From a virus (Duplodnaviria > Caudoviricetes): a stretch of DNA of 64,000 nt. Positions 20,789 to 31,744 of the stretch are shown here, piece by piece. A program made the translations under genes and the position numbers. Every line of letters starts with the position of its first letter. The first letter of the stretch is position 1. The notes below the pieces were generated by a model. The model was given only the letters and a program-made list of their open reading frames with translations, did not search any database and had not been told where the DNA came from. The stretch is from the IMG/VR virus record IMGVR_UViG_3300032290_001086; one strand, given 5' to 3'.

Positions 20789-22342
20789 ATGGCAAAGTTT
20801 TACCGTTCAGACCAATCACTAGCTAGTGATAATAATGATGAGTATGAAGTGATGATGCTTGCCAATAAGGATGGCGACCCTATTGACCAAAGCAACCCAC
20901 TTCATGTTTCTCTGGGAACAGAAAGTGTTACCATTACTGGAACAGTAAATGTAGGAACAGAAGTTAAAGTAAACAATACAACTGCTCAGGGTATTCCCAT
21001 TAAGAATGATAATGGTGGTGCTTTGAGTGTTTCTGTATCTAATTTTCCAGCAACTCAAACAGTATCTGGTAGTGTTAATATCGGCACGATGCCAGAAGTG
21101 GAAATTAAAAATGATTTAAACAATCCAATTCCCGTAACTGGAACATTTGTAACTACAGCACCAACAGGAACTACGGATGCTTTTGGTCGTCAAAGAGTAT
21201 CAGCACCTCTTACTCTTTTTGATAGTTCCCACAGATACAGAGATAATAACCTGTGGTCAACTGCTACCACTGGCACTGCTTCTGCTACTTTTAGTGCTAA
21301 TGAAGGTCTGATTAATCTAACAGTGAATAATGCTTCTGGAACACAGATTATTCGTGAGACCACAAAAGTATTTTCGTATCAGCCAGGTAAATCTTTGCTT
21401 GTGATGAATACCTTTGTTCCTGCCACACCAAAAGCAAACTTGAGACAGAGAGTTGGATATTTTGGTGCTGATAATGGAATGTATTTTGAGATTAATGGCA
21501 CGACACCTTACTTTGTAGAAAGGAGTTTATCTACTGGAACTCAAACAGAAGTAGCACAAGCAAATTGGAATGGTGATAAGTTAAATGGAACTGGTCCGTC
21601 TGGTATTACATTAGATACTACCAAAGCACAAATCCTTTGGATGGATATTGAATGGTTGGGTCTTGGTACTGTAAGAATGGGATTTGTAATAAACGGACAG
21701 TTTATCCTCTGCCATTCATTCCACCACGCAAACTTAATCGCTTCAACTTATATTACAACAGCATCACTTCCTTTGAGATATGAGCTTACTAATACTGGTG
21801 CTACAAGTGGTAGTAGCACGATGAAGCAAGTTTGCTCTACTGTCATTTCCGAAGGTGGTTATGAACTTCGTGGATTGCAACAGGCAGTTAATATTCCAGT
21901 TAATACTCCAAGAACATTAGGAACTGCTGGAACATATTATCCTGTAGTTGGATTGCGTTTAAAAGCAACTAATTTAGATGCTATTGTAATTCTTACAGCA
22001 ATTTCTATGATGCCAATTTCTACTGGTGCTTATGGGTGGCAGGTGAGAGCAAGTGGAACTGTGAATGGCGGTTCTTGGGTGAGTGCTGGTGGTGATAGTT
22101 CAGTTGAATATAATATCACAGGAACTTCTGTTACTGATGGAAGAATACTAGCAAGTGGATTTTTTAATGCTTCAAATCAAGGAGTAACTCAAGTTGATAT
22201 TCTAAAAGAAGCACTCTTCAAATTCCAGTTAGAACGAAATGGATTAACTGGAGTTCCTTATGAACTCGCACTCGTCATTACTTCTGATGGTGCTAATGAT
22301 ACTGTTGTGGCATCCGTAGACTGGGAGGAAATTAGCAGATGA
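20789..22342 (+). CDS. Hypothetical structural protein (517 aa)
   Basis: Long ORF with DAFGRQRVS and YQPGKS motifs; sits in the variable slot between gp16 and gp17. Confidence 0.65.
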   Translation: MAKFYRSDQSLASDNNDEYEVMMLANKDGDPIDQSNPLHVSLGTESVTITGTVNVGTEVKVNNTTAQGIPIKNDNGGALSVSVSNFPATQTVSGSVNIGTMPEVEIKNDLNNPIPVTGTFVTTAPTGTTDAFGRQRVSAPLTLFDSSHRYRDNNLWSTATTGTASATFSANEGLINLTVNNASGTQIIRETTKVFSYQPGKSLLVMNTFVPATPKANLRQRVGYFGADNGMYFEINGTTPYFVERSLSTGTQTEVAQANWNGDKLNGTGPSGITLDTTKAQILWMDIEWLGLGTVRMGFVINGQFILCHSFHHANLIASTYITTASLPLRYELTNTGATSGSSTMKQVCSTVISEGGYELRGLQQAVNIPVNTPRTLGTAGTYYPVVGLRLKATNLDAIVILTAISMMPISTGAYGWQVRASGTVNGGSWVSAGGDSSVEYNITGTSVTDGRILASGFFNASNQGVTQVDILKEALFKFQLERNGLTGVPYELALVITSDGANDTVVASVDWEEISR

Positions 22343-23340
22343 AAAAGAGAGTTCCCACAGAGCAAGAGATTGTTAAGAAGCATGGTGTTTCACTTGACTA
22401 TGTTACTCGTCAAGCAGAGATTGGTTCTACTGTAGAGCGAGAGCATGTCACTACACATGAAGAAGCTTATGGTATTGCCCTTCAACATCTAGACGAATTC
22501 CCAGACTACTACAAGCACTTACTCAAGATGGAAAAGAAACTTAAATCCGAATGGAAAAACGGTAAAAAATCCGTCAAAGAAGAGAAACAAGAAGTTCGTT
22601 ATTGTCATCTTTGTGAAAAGAAAGAAACTAAATCACAATGTTCATATGGTCCAAGCGCATGGGAAATGTATACTCGTAAATTAAACATTGAAGAGGATCA
22701 TAAAGAAATTGCTTCTGGTAAAAAATTAGATGATGAAGGTTACATGGCGAACCTTGAATTGGATCAAATGCAAAGATCTATTGACATGCTTCGCAAAGTT
22801 ATTCGTAAATCAAATCAGCAACTTCCTGCATGGGTCCAATCTAAGATTACAAGAGCCGCAGACTTTGTAGATACTGCTGCAGAATATCTGGCATCAGATG
22901 AGAAAATTGATGAAGGAGTACTTAGCAGAATTGTAGATAGATTGAAGAATAGAGTAGATACTGGCGAGAGAACTGGAAGTGGTGGAAAAATCTATACGCC
23001 TCGCAAACCAGCTTCGTCAAAAGTTAAGTATAAATCAAGCACCAAGCCAGTTAATAAGCCAAATGATTCAGATAAAGATCCTTGGCTTAAAGGTGCTAGA
23101 GCTTCTGGTGGAGCAGAATTAAAAGCTCATTATCGTCAACTAAGAGGTGAATCAAAGTCTTTCTCTGAGTTTATGAATGAGGCAGATAATGTAAGTTTTC
23201 AAATTGGTTCTGGACATAGTGCTGCTAAGAGACAAGCAAAGATTAGAAATCTTGCAGATAGAACAACAAGTGCAGGAGAACAATCTGCAGCAAAAGCAAA
23301 ATTAAAAGGTCCCGATTGGCAAAAACCAAAATTAAAATAA
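22339..23340 (+). CDS. Modular basic hypothetical protein with a DUF5661-like N-terminus
   Basis: G.TVEREH...AYGIALQHLDEFPDYY and LPAWVQSKITRAADF modules separated by xxEE linkers. Confidence 0.65.
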   Translation: MKKRVPTEQEIVKKHGVSLDYVTRQAEIGSTVEREHVTTHEEAYGIALQHLDEFPDYYKHLLKMEKKLKSEWKNGKKSVKEEKQEVRYCHLCEKKETKSQCSYGPSAWEMYTRKLNIEEDHKEIASGKKLDDEGYMANLELDQMQRSIDMLRKVIRKSNQQLPAWVQSKITRAADFVDTAAEYLASDEKIDEGVLSRIVDRLKNRVDTGERTGSGGKIYTPRKPASSKVKYKSSTKPVNKPNDSDKDPWLKGARASGGAELKAHYRQLRGESKSFSEFMNEADNVSFQIGSGHSAAKRQAKIRNLADRTTSAGEQSAAKAKLKGPDWQKPKLK

Positions 23341-23346
23341 TTTATT

Positions 23347-25065
23347 ATGAGTGAAAGATCTAGTTATAAAGGTAATCCTAACCTCAAACCTTCTAACGTA
23401 CAAATACAATTTACTTCTGAACAGTTAGAAGAGTATTTGACATGTCAGGAAGATCCAATTTACTTTGCAAAAAAATACATCAAAATTGTTTCTCTTGATG
23501 AAGGTCTAGTCCCATTTAAAATGTGGGACTTCCAAGAAAAATTGATTGACAATTTTCATAGGCATAGATTTAATATCGCAAAGCTCCCAAGACAGACTGG
23601 AAAATCAACTACGGTTGTTTCCTACCTGCTACATTACGCTTTGTTCAATCCAAATGTAAAAATCGCAATTCTTGCAAACAAAGCAGAGACCTCAAGGGAA
23701 CTTCTATCCAGATTGCAGTTATCATACGAAAATCTACCTAAATGGTTACAGCAGGGCGTGGGTTCTTGGAACCGTGGATCACTGGAGCTAGAGAACGGAT
23801 CCAAGATTATTGCCGCTTCTACCTCATCATCTGCTGTTCGTGGTAATTCATTTAACATCATCTTCCTAGACGAATTTGCATTCGTTCCGAATCATATTGC
23901 AGAGCAGTTCTTCTCTTCTGTATATCCTACTATCTCATCTGGTAAGACAACCAAAGTTATTATTATTTCTACCCCACAGGGTATGAATATGTTTTATAAG
24001 TTCTGGCATGATGCAGAACGTGGAAAAAATAGTTATACTCCTCTTGAAGTTAATTGGTGGGATGTTCCAGGAAGAGATCAGAAATGGAAAGAAGAAACTA
24101 TTGCAAACACTTCTCAACGTCAGTTTGAACAAGAATTTGAATGTAACTTTTTAGGATCTGTAGATACTCTCATCAATCCAAATAAACTTCGTGTAATGGT
24201 GTATGAAGACCCAGCTAAACGTAGTGCTGGATTGGATGTATATGAAGAGGTTATTGAAGGTCATGATTATGTAATGACCGTTGACGTAGCTAGAGGAGTG
24301 GGAAATGATTACTCTGCATTTACAGTAATGGATGTTACCACCATTCCATATAAATTAGTTGCAAAATATAAAAATAATGAAATAAAACCAATCTTGTTTC
24401 CAAATATTATTGACACAGTAGGACGTAATTATAACAATGCAAATGTTTTAGTGGAAGTAAATGATATTGGCGGACAAGTTGCAGACATTCTTCAATTTGA
24501 TCTTGAATATGATAATCTTCTTATGTGTGCAATGAAAGGTCGTGCAGGACAAATCGTAGGAACTGGATTCTCCAACAAAGCACAGCTGGGAGTAAAAATG
24601 ACTAAAGCTGTCAAGAAGTATGGATGTGCTAACTTAAAAGCTTTGATTGAAGATGATAAATTAATAATTTCAGATTATGATGTTATCAGTGAACTTACAA
24701 CTTTTATTCAAAAAAGTGATACGTTTTCTGCTGAAGATGGATGTAATGATGACCTTGCTATGTGTTTGGTTATTTTCTCTTGGTTAGCAACTCAACCTTA
24801 TTTCAGGGAGCTTACTTCAAATGATGTCAGGAAAAGAATTTTTGAAGATCAGAGAGAAGCTATCGAGCAGGATATGGCTCCATTTGGTTTTATATTGGAT
24901 GGCTTAACTGATCCAGAAGCAGAATTTGTCGATTCAAATGGAGATTATTGGATGGTTGCAGATAACACTAGATATTATGGTGATACTGTAGATACTCCTA
25001 TTAGAGGTGGTGGATGGAATGCTGATGAATATGGAGATAAGTCGTATATGTGGGAATATCAATAG
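23347..25065 (+). CDS. gp17: Terminase large subunit gp17
   Basis: Walker A PRQTGKST, Walker B IIFLDEFAF, nuclease motifs VDVARG and DDLAM. Confidence 0.97.
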   Translation: MSERSSYKGNPNLKPSNVQIQFTSEQLEEYLTCQEDPIYFAKKYIKIVSLDEGLVPFKMWDFQEKLIDNFHRHRFNIAKLPRQTGKSTTVVSYLLHYALFNPNVKIAILANKAETSRELLSRLQLSYENLPKWLQQGVGSWNRGSLELENGSKIIAASTSSSAVRGNSFNIIFLDEFAFVPNHIAEQFFSSVYPTISSGKTTKVIIISTPQGMNMFYKFWHDAERGKNSYTPLEVNWWDVPGRDQKWKEETIANTSQRQFEQEFECNFLGSVDTLINPNKLRVMVYEDPAKRSAGLDVYEEVIEGHDYVMTVDVARGVGNDYSAFTVMDVTTIPYKLVAKYKNNEIKPILFPNIIDTVGRNYNNANVLVEVNDIGGQVADILQFDLEYDNLLMCAMKGRAGQIVGTGFSNKAQLGVKMTKAVKKYGCANLKALIEDDKLIISDYDVISELTTFIQKSDTFSAEDGCNDDLAMCLVIFSWLATQPYFRELTSNDVRKRIFEDQREAIEQDMAPFGFILDGLTDPEAEFVDSNGDYWMVADNTRYYGDTVDTPIRGGGWNADEYGDKSYMWEYQ

Positions 25066-25123
25066 TTAAAATATAAAGATAAATAAATAGTTTTGAGAAA
25101 AAAATCTCATAGAGGTAATAAAC

Positions 25124-27166
25124 ATGTCGTTTGCTTCACCTGGAGTAACTATAAAAGAGGTTGATTTAACAGCAACCATTAATGTATCAGATCAGAATGT
25201 AGCACTTGTTGTAATTGCTGCAGAAACTGGTCCTGTTGATACCGTAACTTATATCTCTAGCGAGAAAGAGCTAGTAGATACATTTGGAAAACCAAATGAT
25301 AATAACTATGAGTCATGGTATGCAGCATTAACAATTATTCAATATGGAGGAATTGCTGCAGTAATCAGACCAACAAGTTCTGCTATTACATTAAAGACTG
25401 CATATAATGCATCTACTTCACTAACTGATTTTATCATCAAAAATCAATTTGATTTTGAAAATTATACTGGAACTGCATTTTACTTTGCTGGAAGAAATGC
25501 TGGGTCTAAGTTTAATTCACTCAAGGTAGCAGCAGTAGATCACGGTGCAGATCAAATTGTAACTTACACTGGTACTGATCCTACAGTAGTAGCTGGAGAC
25601 GCAATTAGAATTTTAACTGGTACTACTCTAGTTGGTACTGGATGGATCTATAAAGTAGATTCTACTGGAAGTGGTGGTAAGCTATGGATTACCCTAGCAG
25701 ATAGCACCAAAAAGCTTCCTACATCTGGTCTTACTACATATAGTATTACAGATAATTCTGGTACTCCTGTAGAACTATTAGCAGCAGGTACTATTTCTAA
25801 TGTAGATAATTCATACTACGATAGTCTTGAATATGCAACTGGACAAAAGTGGAGAGATATTGCACCACAGCCAGGTACTTCTGCAAGCGTTGCTGCAAAG
25901 GGTGGCAAGTTTGATGAAATGCATATTGTTGTAATAGACGAGGAAGGAATTGTTACTGGAACTCCTAATACAGTTCTAGAAAAGTATACCTACGTTTCAA
26001 AAGCTAAGGATGCTTCAAACTTAGATGGAACAGTGTCTTACTTCCATAGCACTATGGCTGCAAAGTCATCATATGTGTATCCTGGTACTGGAACTGGAGT
26101 AGATTTTATTGGCACAACTAATAGAGTCCGTCTAGAAGGTGGTGGATTTGAAACTTCTGATGCAAGTATTGGTCTCGCAAATAGTGCAAATAAAGTTTAT
26201 CCTTTAATTGCAGTATCTGGGGCTCCATCAGTAGAATTTTCTCTAGGTAATGGAACTGATTATGACTTTGCAAATGATGCAACAGATATTGAAACTGCAG
26301 TAACAAACGGATATGAACTAGTAAGAGATTCCGAAACTTTCAATGATATTGATTTCCTAGTTCCTGGAAAAATTAGCACTGCAAGGGCTCTAAAACTAAT
26401 TGATATTGCTGAAACTAGAAAGGACTGCATGGCAGTTATTTCTCCAAGAAGAAGTGATGTAATTAACGGAAATTCCAGCACTTCAAAAACTGATAGTATC
26501 ATTGATTTCTTTAATGGAATCTCAAGCAGCTCTTATGCAACCTTTGATTCTGGATATAAGTATATTTACGATAAGTTTAACGATACTTATAGATACATTC
26601 CTTGTGCAGCTGACGTTGCTGGTCTTTGCATCAGCACAACAATTAATTCTGAAACTTGGTTCTCACCAGCAGGTTATAACAGAGGCAATCTAAAAAATGC
26701 AACTAAACTTGCATATTCACCAAAGCAATCAGAAAGAGACAGACTATATTCTGCAAGAGTAAATCCTGTTGTTTCTTTCCCAGGCCAAGGTATTGTCCTA
26801 TTTGGTGATAAGACAGGTCTTTCATCTCCTAGTGCATTTAACAGAATTAATGTTCGTAGACTGTTCATTGAACTTGAGAAGAACATTGCAAGATTCTCCA
26901 AATATCAACTATTTGAAATTAATGATGAAATTACCAGAAGTTCATTTAAGTCTGCAGTTGAACCATATCTCAGGAATGTTCAAGGCAGAAGAGGAATTTA
27001 TGATTTCCTTGTCGTATGTGATGAATCCAATAATACAGCGGATATAATTGACGCAAATGAATTTTATGCTGAAATTTATATTAAACCAGCAAGAAGTATC
27101 AACTTTATTACTATCACCTTTGTTGCTACTAGAACTGGTGTTTCTTTTGGTGAATTAACAAACTAA
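25124..27166 (+). CDS. gp18: Tail sheath protein gp18
   Basis: SPGVTIKEVDLT, WFSPAGYNRG, FNRINVRRLF and IKPARSINFI. Confidence 0.97.
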   Translation: MSFASPGVTIKEVDLTATINVSDQNVALVVIAAETGPVDTVTYISSEKELVDTFGKPNDNNYESWYAALTIIQYGGIAAVIRPTSSAITLKTAYNASTSLTDFIIKNQFDFENYTGTAFYFAGRNAGSKFNSLKVAAVDHGADQIVTYTGTDPTVVAGDAIRILTGTTLVGTGWIYKVDSTGSGGKLWITLADSTKKLPTSGLTTYSITDNSGTPVELLAAGTISNVDNSYYDSLEYATGQKWRDIAPQPGTSASVAAKGGKFDEMHIVVIDEEGIVTGTPNTVLEKYTYVSKAKDASNLDGTVSYFHSTMAAKSSYVYPGTGTGVDFIGTTNRVRLEGGGFETSDASIGLANSANKVYPLIAVSGAPSVEFSLGNGTDYDFANDATDIETAVTNGYELVRDSETFNDIDFLVPGKISTARALKLIDIAETRKDCMAVISPRRSDVINGNSSTSKTDSIIDFFNGISSSSYATFDSGYKYIYDKFNDTYRYIPCAADVAGLCISTTINSETWFSPAGYNRGNLKNATKLAYSPKQSERDRLYSARVNPVVSFPGQGIVLFGDKTGLSSPSAFNRINVRRLFIELEKNIARFSKYQLFEINDEITRSSFKSAVEPYLRNVQGRRGIYDFLVVCDESNNTADIIDANEFYAEIYIKPARSINFITITFVATRTGVSFGELTN

Positions 27167-27200
27167 TTTAATTCTATAGAAAACCTAGGAGATTAAAACA

Positions 27201-27842
27201 ATGGCAAGGAGTATTTCAGAATTTAAATCAAAGCTCACGAAAGGAGGAGCTAGACCTAATCTGTTCCTAGTAAGACTAAATTTCCCTACTCTACAAGGAA
27301 TTGTAGATATTCAAGGAACAAGTGTTGCTGGTAATGGACCAACAGAACAGGCAGAATTTCTAGTAAAGACTGCACAGATTCCTGCATCAAATATTGGAAC
27401 AATTGAAGTTCCTTTCAGAGGAAGAATGCTGAAGGTGGCTGGAGACAGAACCTTTGAGCCATGGTCAGTCACAGTTATCAACGATGGTAACTTTGAAGTT
27501 CGTAAGGCGTTTGAAATCTGGTCAAGAGGAATCAATGCTCTAACAGAAAACGTATCACAACTTGGATATAGCAGCGGAAAGGGTGGCGCACTCTCCTACT
27601 GTGCTGATATGGTTGTATACCAGCTAGGAAGAGATGGAGTTTCACCAGATAAGACTCCTTCTTCTGCCAACGCTACTGGCACAGATGCAAAAATGGATGT
27701 TGTTCGTGCATATAAATTCTATGATGCATGGCCTTCTTCACTTTCTGCAATTGATCTTTCATACGATGCAAATGATCAAATTGAAGAGTTCACAGTAGAA
27801 TTCCAATATAACTTCTTTGAAGTAACCACTCCAAAACTTTAA
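27201..27842 (+). CDS. gp19: Tail tube protein gp19
   Basis: GGARPNLF, VPFRGRMLKVAGDRTFEPW and IEEFTVEFQY. Confidence 0.96.
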   Translation: MARSISEFKSKLTKGGARPNLFLVRLNFPTLQGIVDIQGTSVAGNGPTEQAEFLVKTAQIPASNIGTIEVPFRGRMLKVAGDRTFEPWSVTVINDGNFEVRKAFEIWSRGINALTENVSQLGYSSGKGGALSYCADMVVYQLGRDGVSPDKTPSSANATGTDAKMDVVRAYKFYDAWPSSLSAIDLSYDANDQIEEFTVEFQYNFFEVTTPKL

Positions 27843-27879
27843 ATAAATAGTTTAACGTTTAGGAAATCCCAACTATAAT

Positions 27880-29541
27880 ATGACTCAGTTATTTGGCTTT
27901 TCAATTGAAGATAGAAAGAAAAAGCCAGCAAAAGCTTTTTCACCAGCACCACCCAATGATGATGATGGCACCTCAGTTATTGCTGCGGGTGCCTATTTTG
28001 GTCAGTATTTAGATTTAGATGGTGTTGGTCAACATAATAATGAATTTGAATTAGTAAGAAAATATAGAGAAATTGCTCTTCATCCAGAAGTTGATGATGC
28101 AATTGATGATATTGTAAATGAAGCAATTAGTAGTGATTTAGATTATGCTCCAGTTTCAGTTGAACTTTCAAATCTCCAAGCAAGTGAAAAGATAAAGAAA
28201 TCAATTAGAGAAGAATTTGGAAATATTTTACGACTTTTAAATTTTGATAAAAAATGTCATAACATCTTCCGTCGTTGGTACATTGATGGAAGACTTTATT
28301 ATCATAAAATTATTGATTTTGATAATCCAAAAGAAGGAATAAAAGAATTAAGATATATTGACTCTTTAAAAATTAAAAGAGTTAGAGAAATAAAAAAAGA
28401 AAAGAACGCCGATTCTATGTTGACTAATGAAGGTCAACGATATGACTATGGGGAGTTTTTAGAATACTATATTTACTTTCCAAAAGGATTCAAAGGTTCT
28501 GATGCAAATGGAATAAAAATAGCAAACGATGCTATAAGTTATGTTCCATCTGGTCTATTTGACCATAATAGAAATATGGTTCTAAGTTATTTGTATACAG
28601 CAATTAAGTCTGTAAACCAACTTAGAATGATTGAAGATTCTCTTGTTATTTACAGATTGTCTCGTGCTCCAGAGCGTAGAATTTTCTATATTGATGTAGG
28701 TAATCTTCCAAAAGTTAAAGCAGAACAGTATCTACGTGAAGTAATGGGTAGATACAGAAATAAACTTGTTTATGATTCTGCTACTGGTGAAATTCGTGAT
28801 GACAAAAAGCATATGAGTATGCTTGAGGACTTTTGGCTACCTCGTAGAGAAGGTGGTCGTGGAACAGAAATTACTACCCTTCCAGGTGGACAGAATCTCG
28901 GAGAACTTGAAGATGTCAAATATTTTCAGAAGAAACTTTATAAATCACTAAATATTCCTCTCTCAAGACTAGAGCAGGAAAGTTCATTTACTATTGGTAG
29001 AACCAATGAAATCACCAGAGATGAACTTAAGTTTGCTAAGTTTGTTGGAAGACTTCGCAAACGTTTCAGTGATTTATTCCATGATTTACTCAGAACTCAA
29101 CTTCTTCTGAAAGGAATCATCACTGCAGATGATTGGGAAGAAATGAAAGAATATATTCAATATGATTATATTTTTGATAATCATTTTACTGAACTTAAAA
29201 ATGCGGAACTTCTAAATGACCGTCTTAATATTGTAAATCAAGTAGAGCCATATCTAGGTAAGTATTTCTCTGTTGAATATGTTCGCAGACAAATTCTCAA
29301 ACAAACTCAAGATGAGATTGAAGAAATTGACATGCAAATTGAAAAAGAAAAGGAAATTGGTATTATTCAAGATCCAAATCAAATGATGATGGACCAACAA
29401 GGTCAACTTCCCCCAGGTCAAGACCAACAAATTCCAACTGATGTAGCAGCATCTGGAGAGGCTGGTCCTGCAGGAGGAGGATTGGATTCACAGTTTAAAA
29501 ACTATATCTCACCTTCTGATTATACTAAAGGCAAATTTTAA
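27880..29541 (+). CDS. gp20: Portal protein gp20
   Basis: YRLSRAPERRIFYIDVGNLPK and EDFWLPRREGGRGTEITTLPGGQNLG. Confidence 0.98.
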   Translation: MTQLFGFSIEDRKKKPAKAFSPAPPNDDDGTSVIAAGAYFGQYLDLDGVGQHNNEFELVRKYREIALHPEVDDAIDDIVNEAISSDLDYAPVSVELSNLQASEKIKKSIREEFGNILRLLNFDKKCHNIFRRWYIDGRLYYHKIIDFDNPKEGIKELRYIDSLKIKRVREIKKEKNADSMLTNEGQRYDYGEFLEYYIYFPKGFKGSDANGIKIANDAISYVPSGLFDHNRNMVLSYLYTAIKSVNQLRMIEDSLVIYRLSRAPERRIFYIDVGNLPKVKAEQYLREVMGRYRNKLVYDSATGEIRDDKKHMSMLEDFWLPRREGGRGTEITTLPGGQNLGELEDVKYFQKKLYKSLNIPLSRLEQESSFTIGRTNEITRDELKFAKFVGRLRKRFSDLFHDLLRTQLLLKGIITADDWEEMKEYIQYDYIFDNHFTELKNAELLNDRLNIVNQVEPYLGKYFSVEYVRRQILKQTQDEIEEIDMQIEKEKEIGIIQDPNQMMMDQQGQLPPGQDQQIPTDVAASGEAGPAGGGLDSQFKNYISPSDYTKGKF

Positions 29542-29581
29542 TAAATAGTTATTGTAATTTCAATAACTGATTGGAGTTTTT

Positions 29582-29812
29582 ATGTCTTTATCACAAGAAA
29601 TTGTGGATAGCATTATTGCTAGAAACAATGTCAATGCGAATGAAAAAATTTATGATGCTCTATATGGAATAGCTTCTGAGAAAGTTGGAATGAGAAAATT
29701 TGAAATTTCTCAGAATCTATTCAGCACAGATAATTATGAATCTGACGATGATTATATTGAAGATGGTGAAGGGTTTATAAATTATGAAGATAATTTAGAA
29801 GACCAAGAATAA
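29582..29812 (+). CDS. Small acidic protein, possible prohead core component
   Basis: Sits between gp20 and gp21 (the T4 gp67/gp68 position), with GGAG RBS and AATAAATA upstream. Confidence 0.6.
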   Translation: MSLSQEIVDSIIARNNVNANEKIYDALYGIASEKVGMRKFEISQNLFSTDNYESDDDYIEDGEGFINYEDNLEDQE

Positions 29813-29833
29813 ATTAATTATCCGTAACCAAAA

Positions 29834-30487
29834 ATGAAACTAATCACCGAGACAATTGAAAACATAAAAGTTATCACCGAAGAAAAAGGTGGTAAGAAAA
29901 ATCTGTATATTGAAGGAGTATTTCTTCAGGCAGATTTAAAAAATAGAAATGGTCGTATGTATCCATTCAATACACTAAATCGTGAGGTTGGTGCATATTG
30001 TGAAAATTATGTGAATAAAGGTCGTGCTCTTGGTGAACTTGGTCATCCAGATAGTCCAACAATTAACCTGGATAGAGTATCACATAAAATTGTTTCTCTT
30101 CGTGCAGAGGGTTCCAATTTTATTGGTAAGGCTCAGATTCTAGAAACTCCAATGGGTAAGATTGCTAAGTCTCTTCTTGAGTCTGGTGTTTGTTTAGGAG
30201 TTTCCTCAAGAGGTATTGGATCTATTGAGGAAAAAAATGGAGTCAACGTAGTAAAAGATGACTTTATGTTATCTACTGCTGCTGATATTGTTGCAGATCC
30301 TTCAGCTCCTGATGCTTTTGTTCAAGGTATCATGGAGGGTAAAGAATGGATTTGGAATAATGGAATGTTAGAAGAAAAGGTAATTAATAGTTATAGAAGA
30401 GCAATTAATACTGCATCTTCTAATAGTTTATCCGAAAGAAAACTACAAGTTTTTGAAAGTTTTCTACGTAATATAAAAATTTCATAA
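29834..30487 (+). CDS. gp21: Prohead protease gp21
   Basis: NRNGRMY, ALGELGHP, GVSSRGIGS and DIVADPSAPDAFV. Confidence 0.97.
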   Translation: MKLITETIENIKVITEEKGGKKNLYIEGVFLQADLKNRNGRMYPFNTLNREVGAYCENYVNKGRALGELGHPDSPTINLDRVSHKIVSLRAEGSNFIGKAQILETPMGKIAKSLLESGVCLGVSSRGIGSIEEKNGVNVVKDDFMLSTAADIVADPSAPDAFVQGIMEGKEWIWNNGMLEEKVINSYRRAINTASSNSLSERKLQVFESFLRNIKIS

Positions 30488-30529
30488 ATAATATTAGAAA
30501 ATATCACATATTTCTAGAGGGTTTTTTCG

Positions 30530-31675
30530 ATGTCCAATGTATTAGATACAGAATTTGACGAATTTCTAGAAGAAGGAAACGTTGTCACCGCTCACGCTAA
30601 ACCAGGAGACCGTATGCAAAAATTACAGCACAGCACTCCTGGACAGGGTGCATCACCAGAAGAACTTGGTGGTTCTTCAACAACTAAGCCAGAAGGTGAT
30701 GAGATTGGCAAAAAAGCTTCTTCAAGAGTAAAGAAGTCATCTTCTAAAGTAAATGCTGGTGCAAAGTCACCAGACGGAATGGCTCGCCTTCAAGGCTCAG
30801 CTCCTGGTCAAAAGGGAATGAGTGAGGAAGAAGAGCTAGATGATGAAGAGCTAATTTATGAAGCTCAAGAAGATGATGAAGAAGATGAAGATGAAGAGGA
30901 TGAAAAGAAGGAAGATAAGAAAAAGTCTTCTAAAAAAGAAAAAACAGAAATGAAGGCTGAGGAAATTGATATTGATGTCTCTGAAGACCTCAATGCACTC
31001 TTCCATGGAGAAGAGCTTTCCGAGCACTTCATGCAGAAAGCCGCAACTATCTTTGAAGCTGCAGTAAAGGCAAAAGTAGTTGAAGAGCTAGAAAAGTTTG
31101 AAGCACTATACGAGCAAAGACTTCAAGAAGAAATTGAAGAAATTGCAGAGTCTCTTGAGACTCGTGTAGATGCACACCTTGATTATGTTGCCGAGCAGTG
31201 GATTTCTGAGAATTCACTTGCTATTGACAACGGCATCAAGACCGAAATTGCTGAAAGTCTAATGGCTGGTCTTGCAAATCTCTTTATGGAGAACAATATC
31301 AATCTTCCTGAAGAGCAACAAGATGTAGTTGCTGATATGGCAACTAAACTAGATGAAATGGAGGAAAAACTCAACGAACAGATTGAAATCAATGTTGAGC
31401 TAAACAAAGAAATCGGTTCCTATGTTAAAAATGGAATTATTGCAGAAGTATCCGAAGGTTTAGCAGAAACACAAAAAGAAAAGCTGTTCAACCTTGCAGA
31501 AGGTGTTGAGTTTATGAGTGAAGAATCTTTCCGTGAAAAGGTTGGAACCATTAAGGAAAATTATTTCCCTAAGGCTCAATCAAATTATGTGGAAGACCTT
31601 GTTGAGAAAAATCAAGATTTTTACGAAGGACCAATGGCTGCTTATGTAAATGCAGTATCTAGATGGTCTAAGTGA
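30530..31675 (+). CDS. gp22: Prohead core scaffold gp22
   Basis: Acidic coiled-coil, KAATIFEAAV and YVAEQW; lies between gp21 and gp23. Confidence 0.92.
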   Translation: MSNVLDTEFDEFLEEGNVVTAHAKPGDRMQKLQHSTPGQGASPEELGGSSTTKPEGDEIGKKASSRVKKSSSKVNAGAKSPDGMARLQGSAPGQKGMSEEEELDDEELIYEAQEDDEEDEDEEDEKKEDKKKSSKKEKTEMKAEEIDIDVSEDLNALFHGEELSEHFMQKAATIFEAAVKAKVVEELEKFEALYEQRLQEEIEEIAESLETRVDAHLDYVAEQWISENSLAIDNGIKTEIAESLMAGLANLFMENNINLPEEQQDVVADMATKLDEMEEKLNEQIEINVELNKEIGSYVKNGIIAEVSEGLAETQKEKLFNLAEGVEFMSEESFREKVGTIKENYFPKAQSNYVEDLVEKNQDFYEGPMAAYVNAVSRWSK

Positions 31676-31687
31676 TAATTTAGATTT

Positions 31688-31695
31688 TATAAATA
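31688..31695 (+). promoter_or_regulatory. Late promoter TATAAATA for gp23
   Basis: Exact T4 late consensus 50 nt upstream of the gp23 ATG. Confidence 0.8.
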
Positions 31696-31744
31696 TTTAC
31701 AGATTCCTAACAAATAAATTTAACAACCAAGGAGTTTTACCCCA

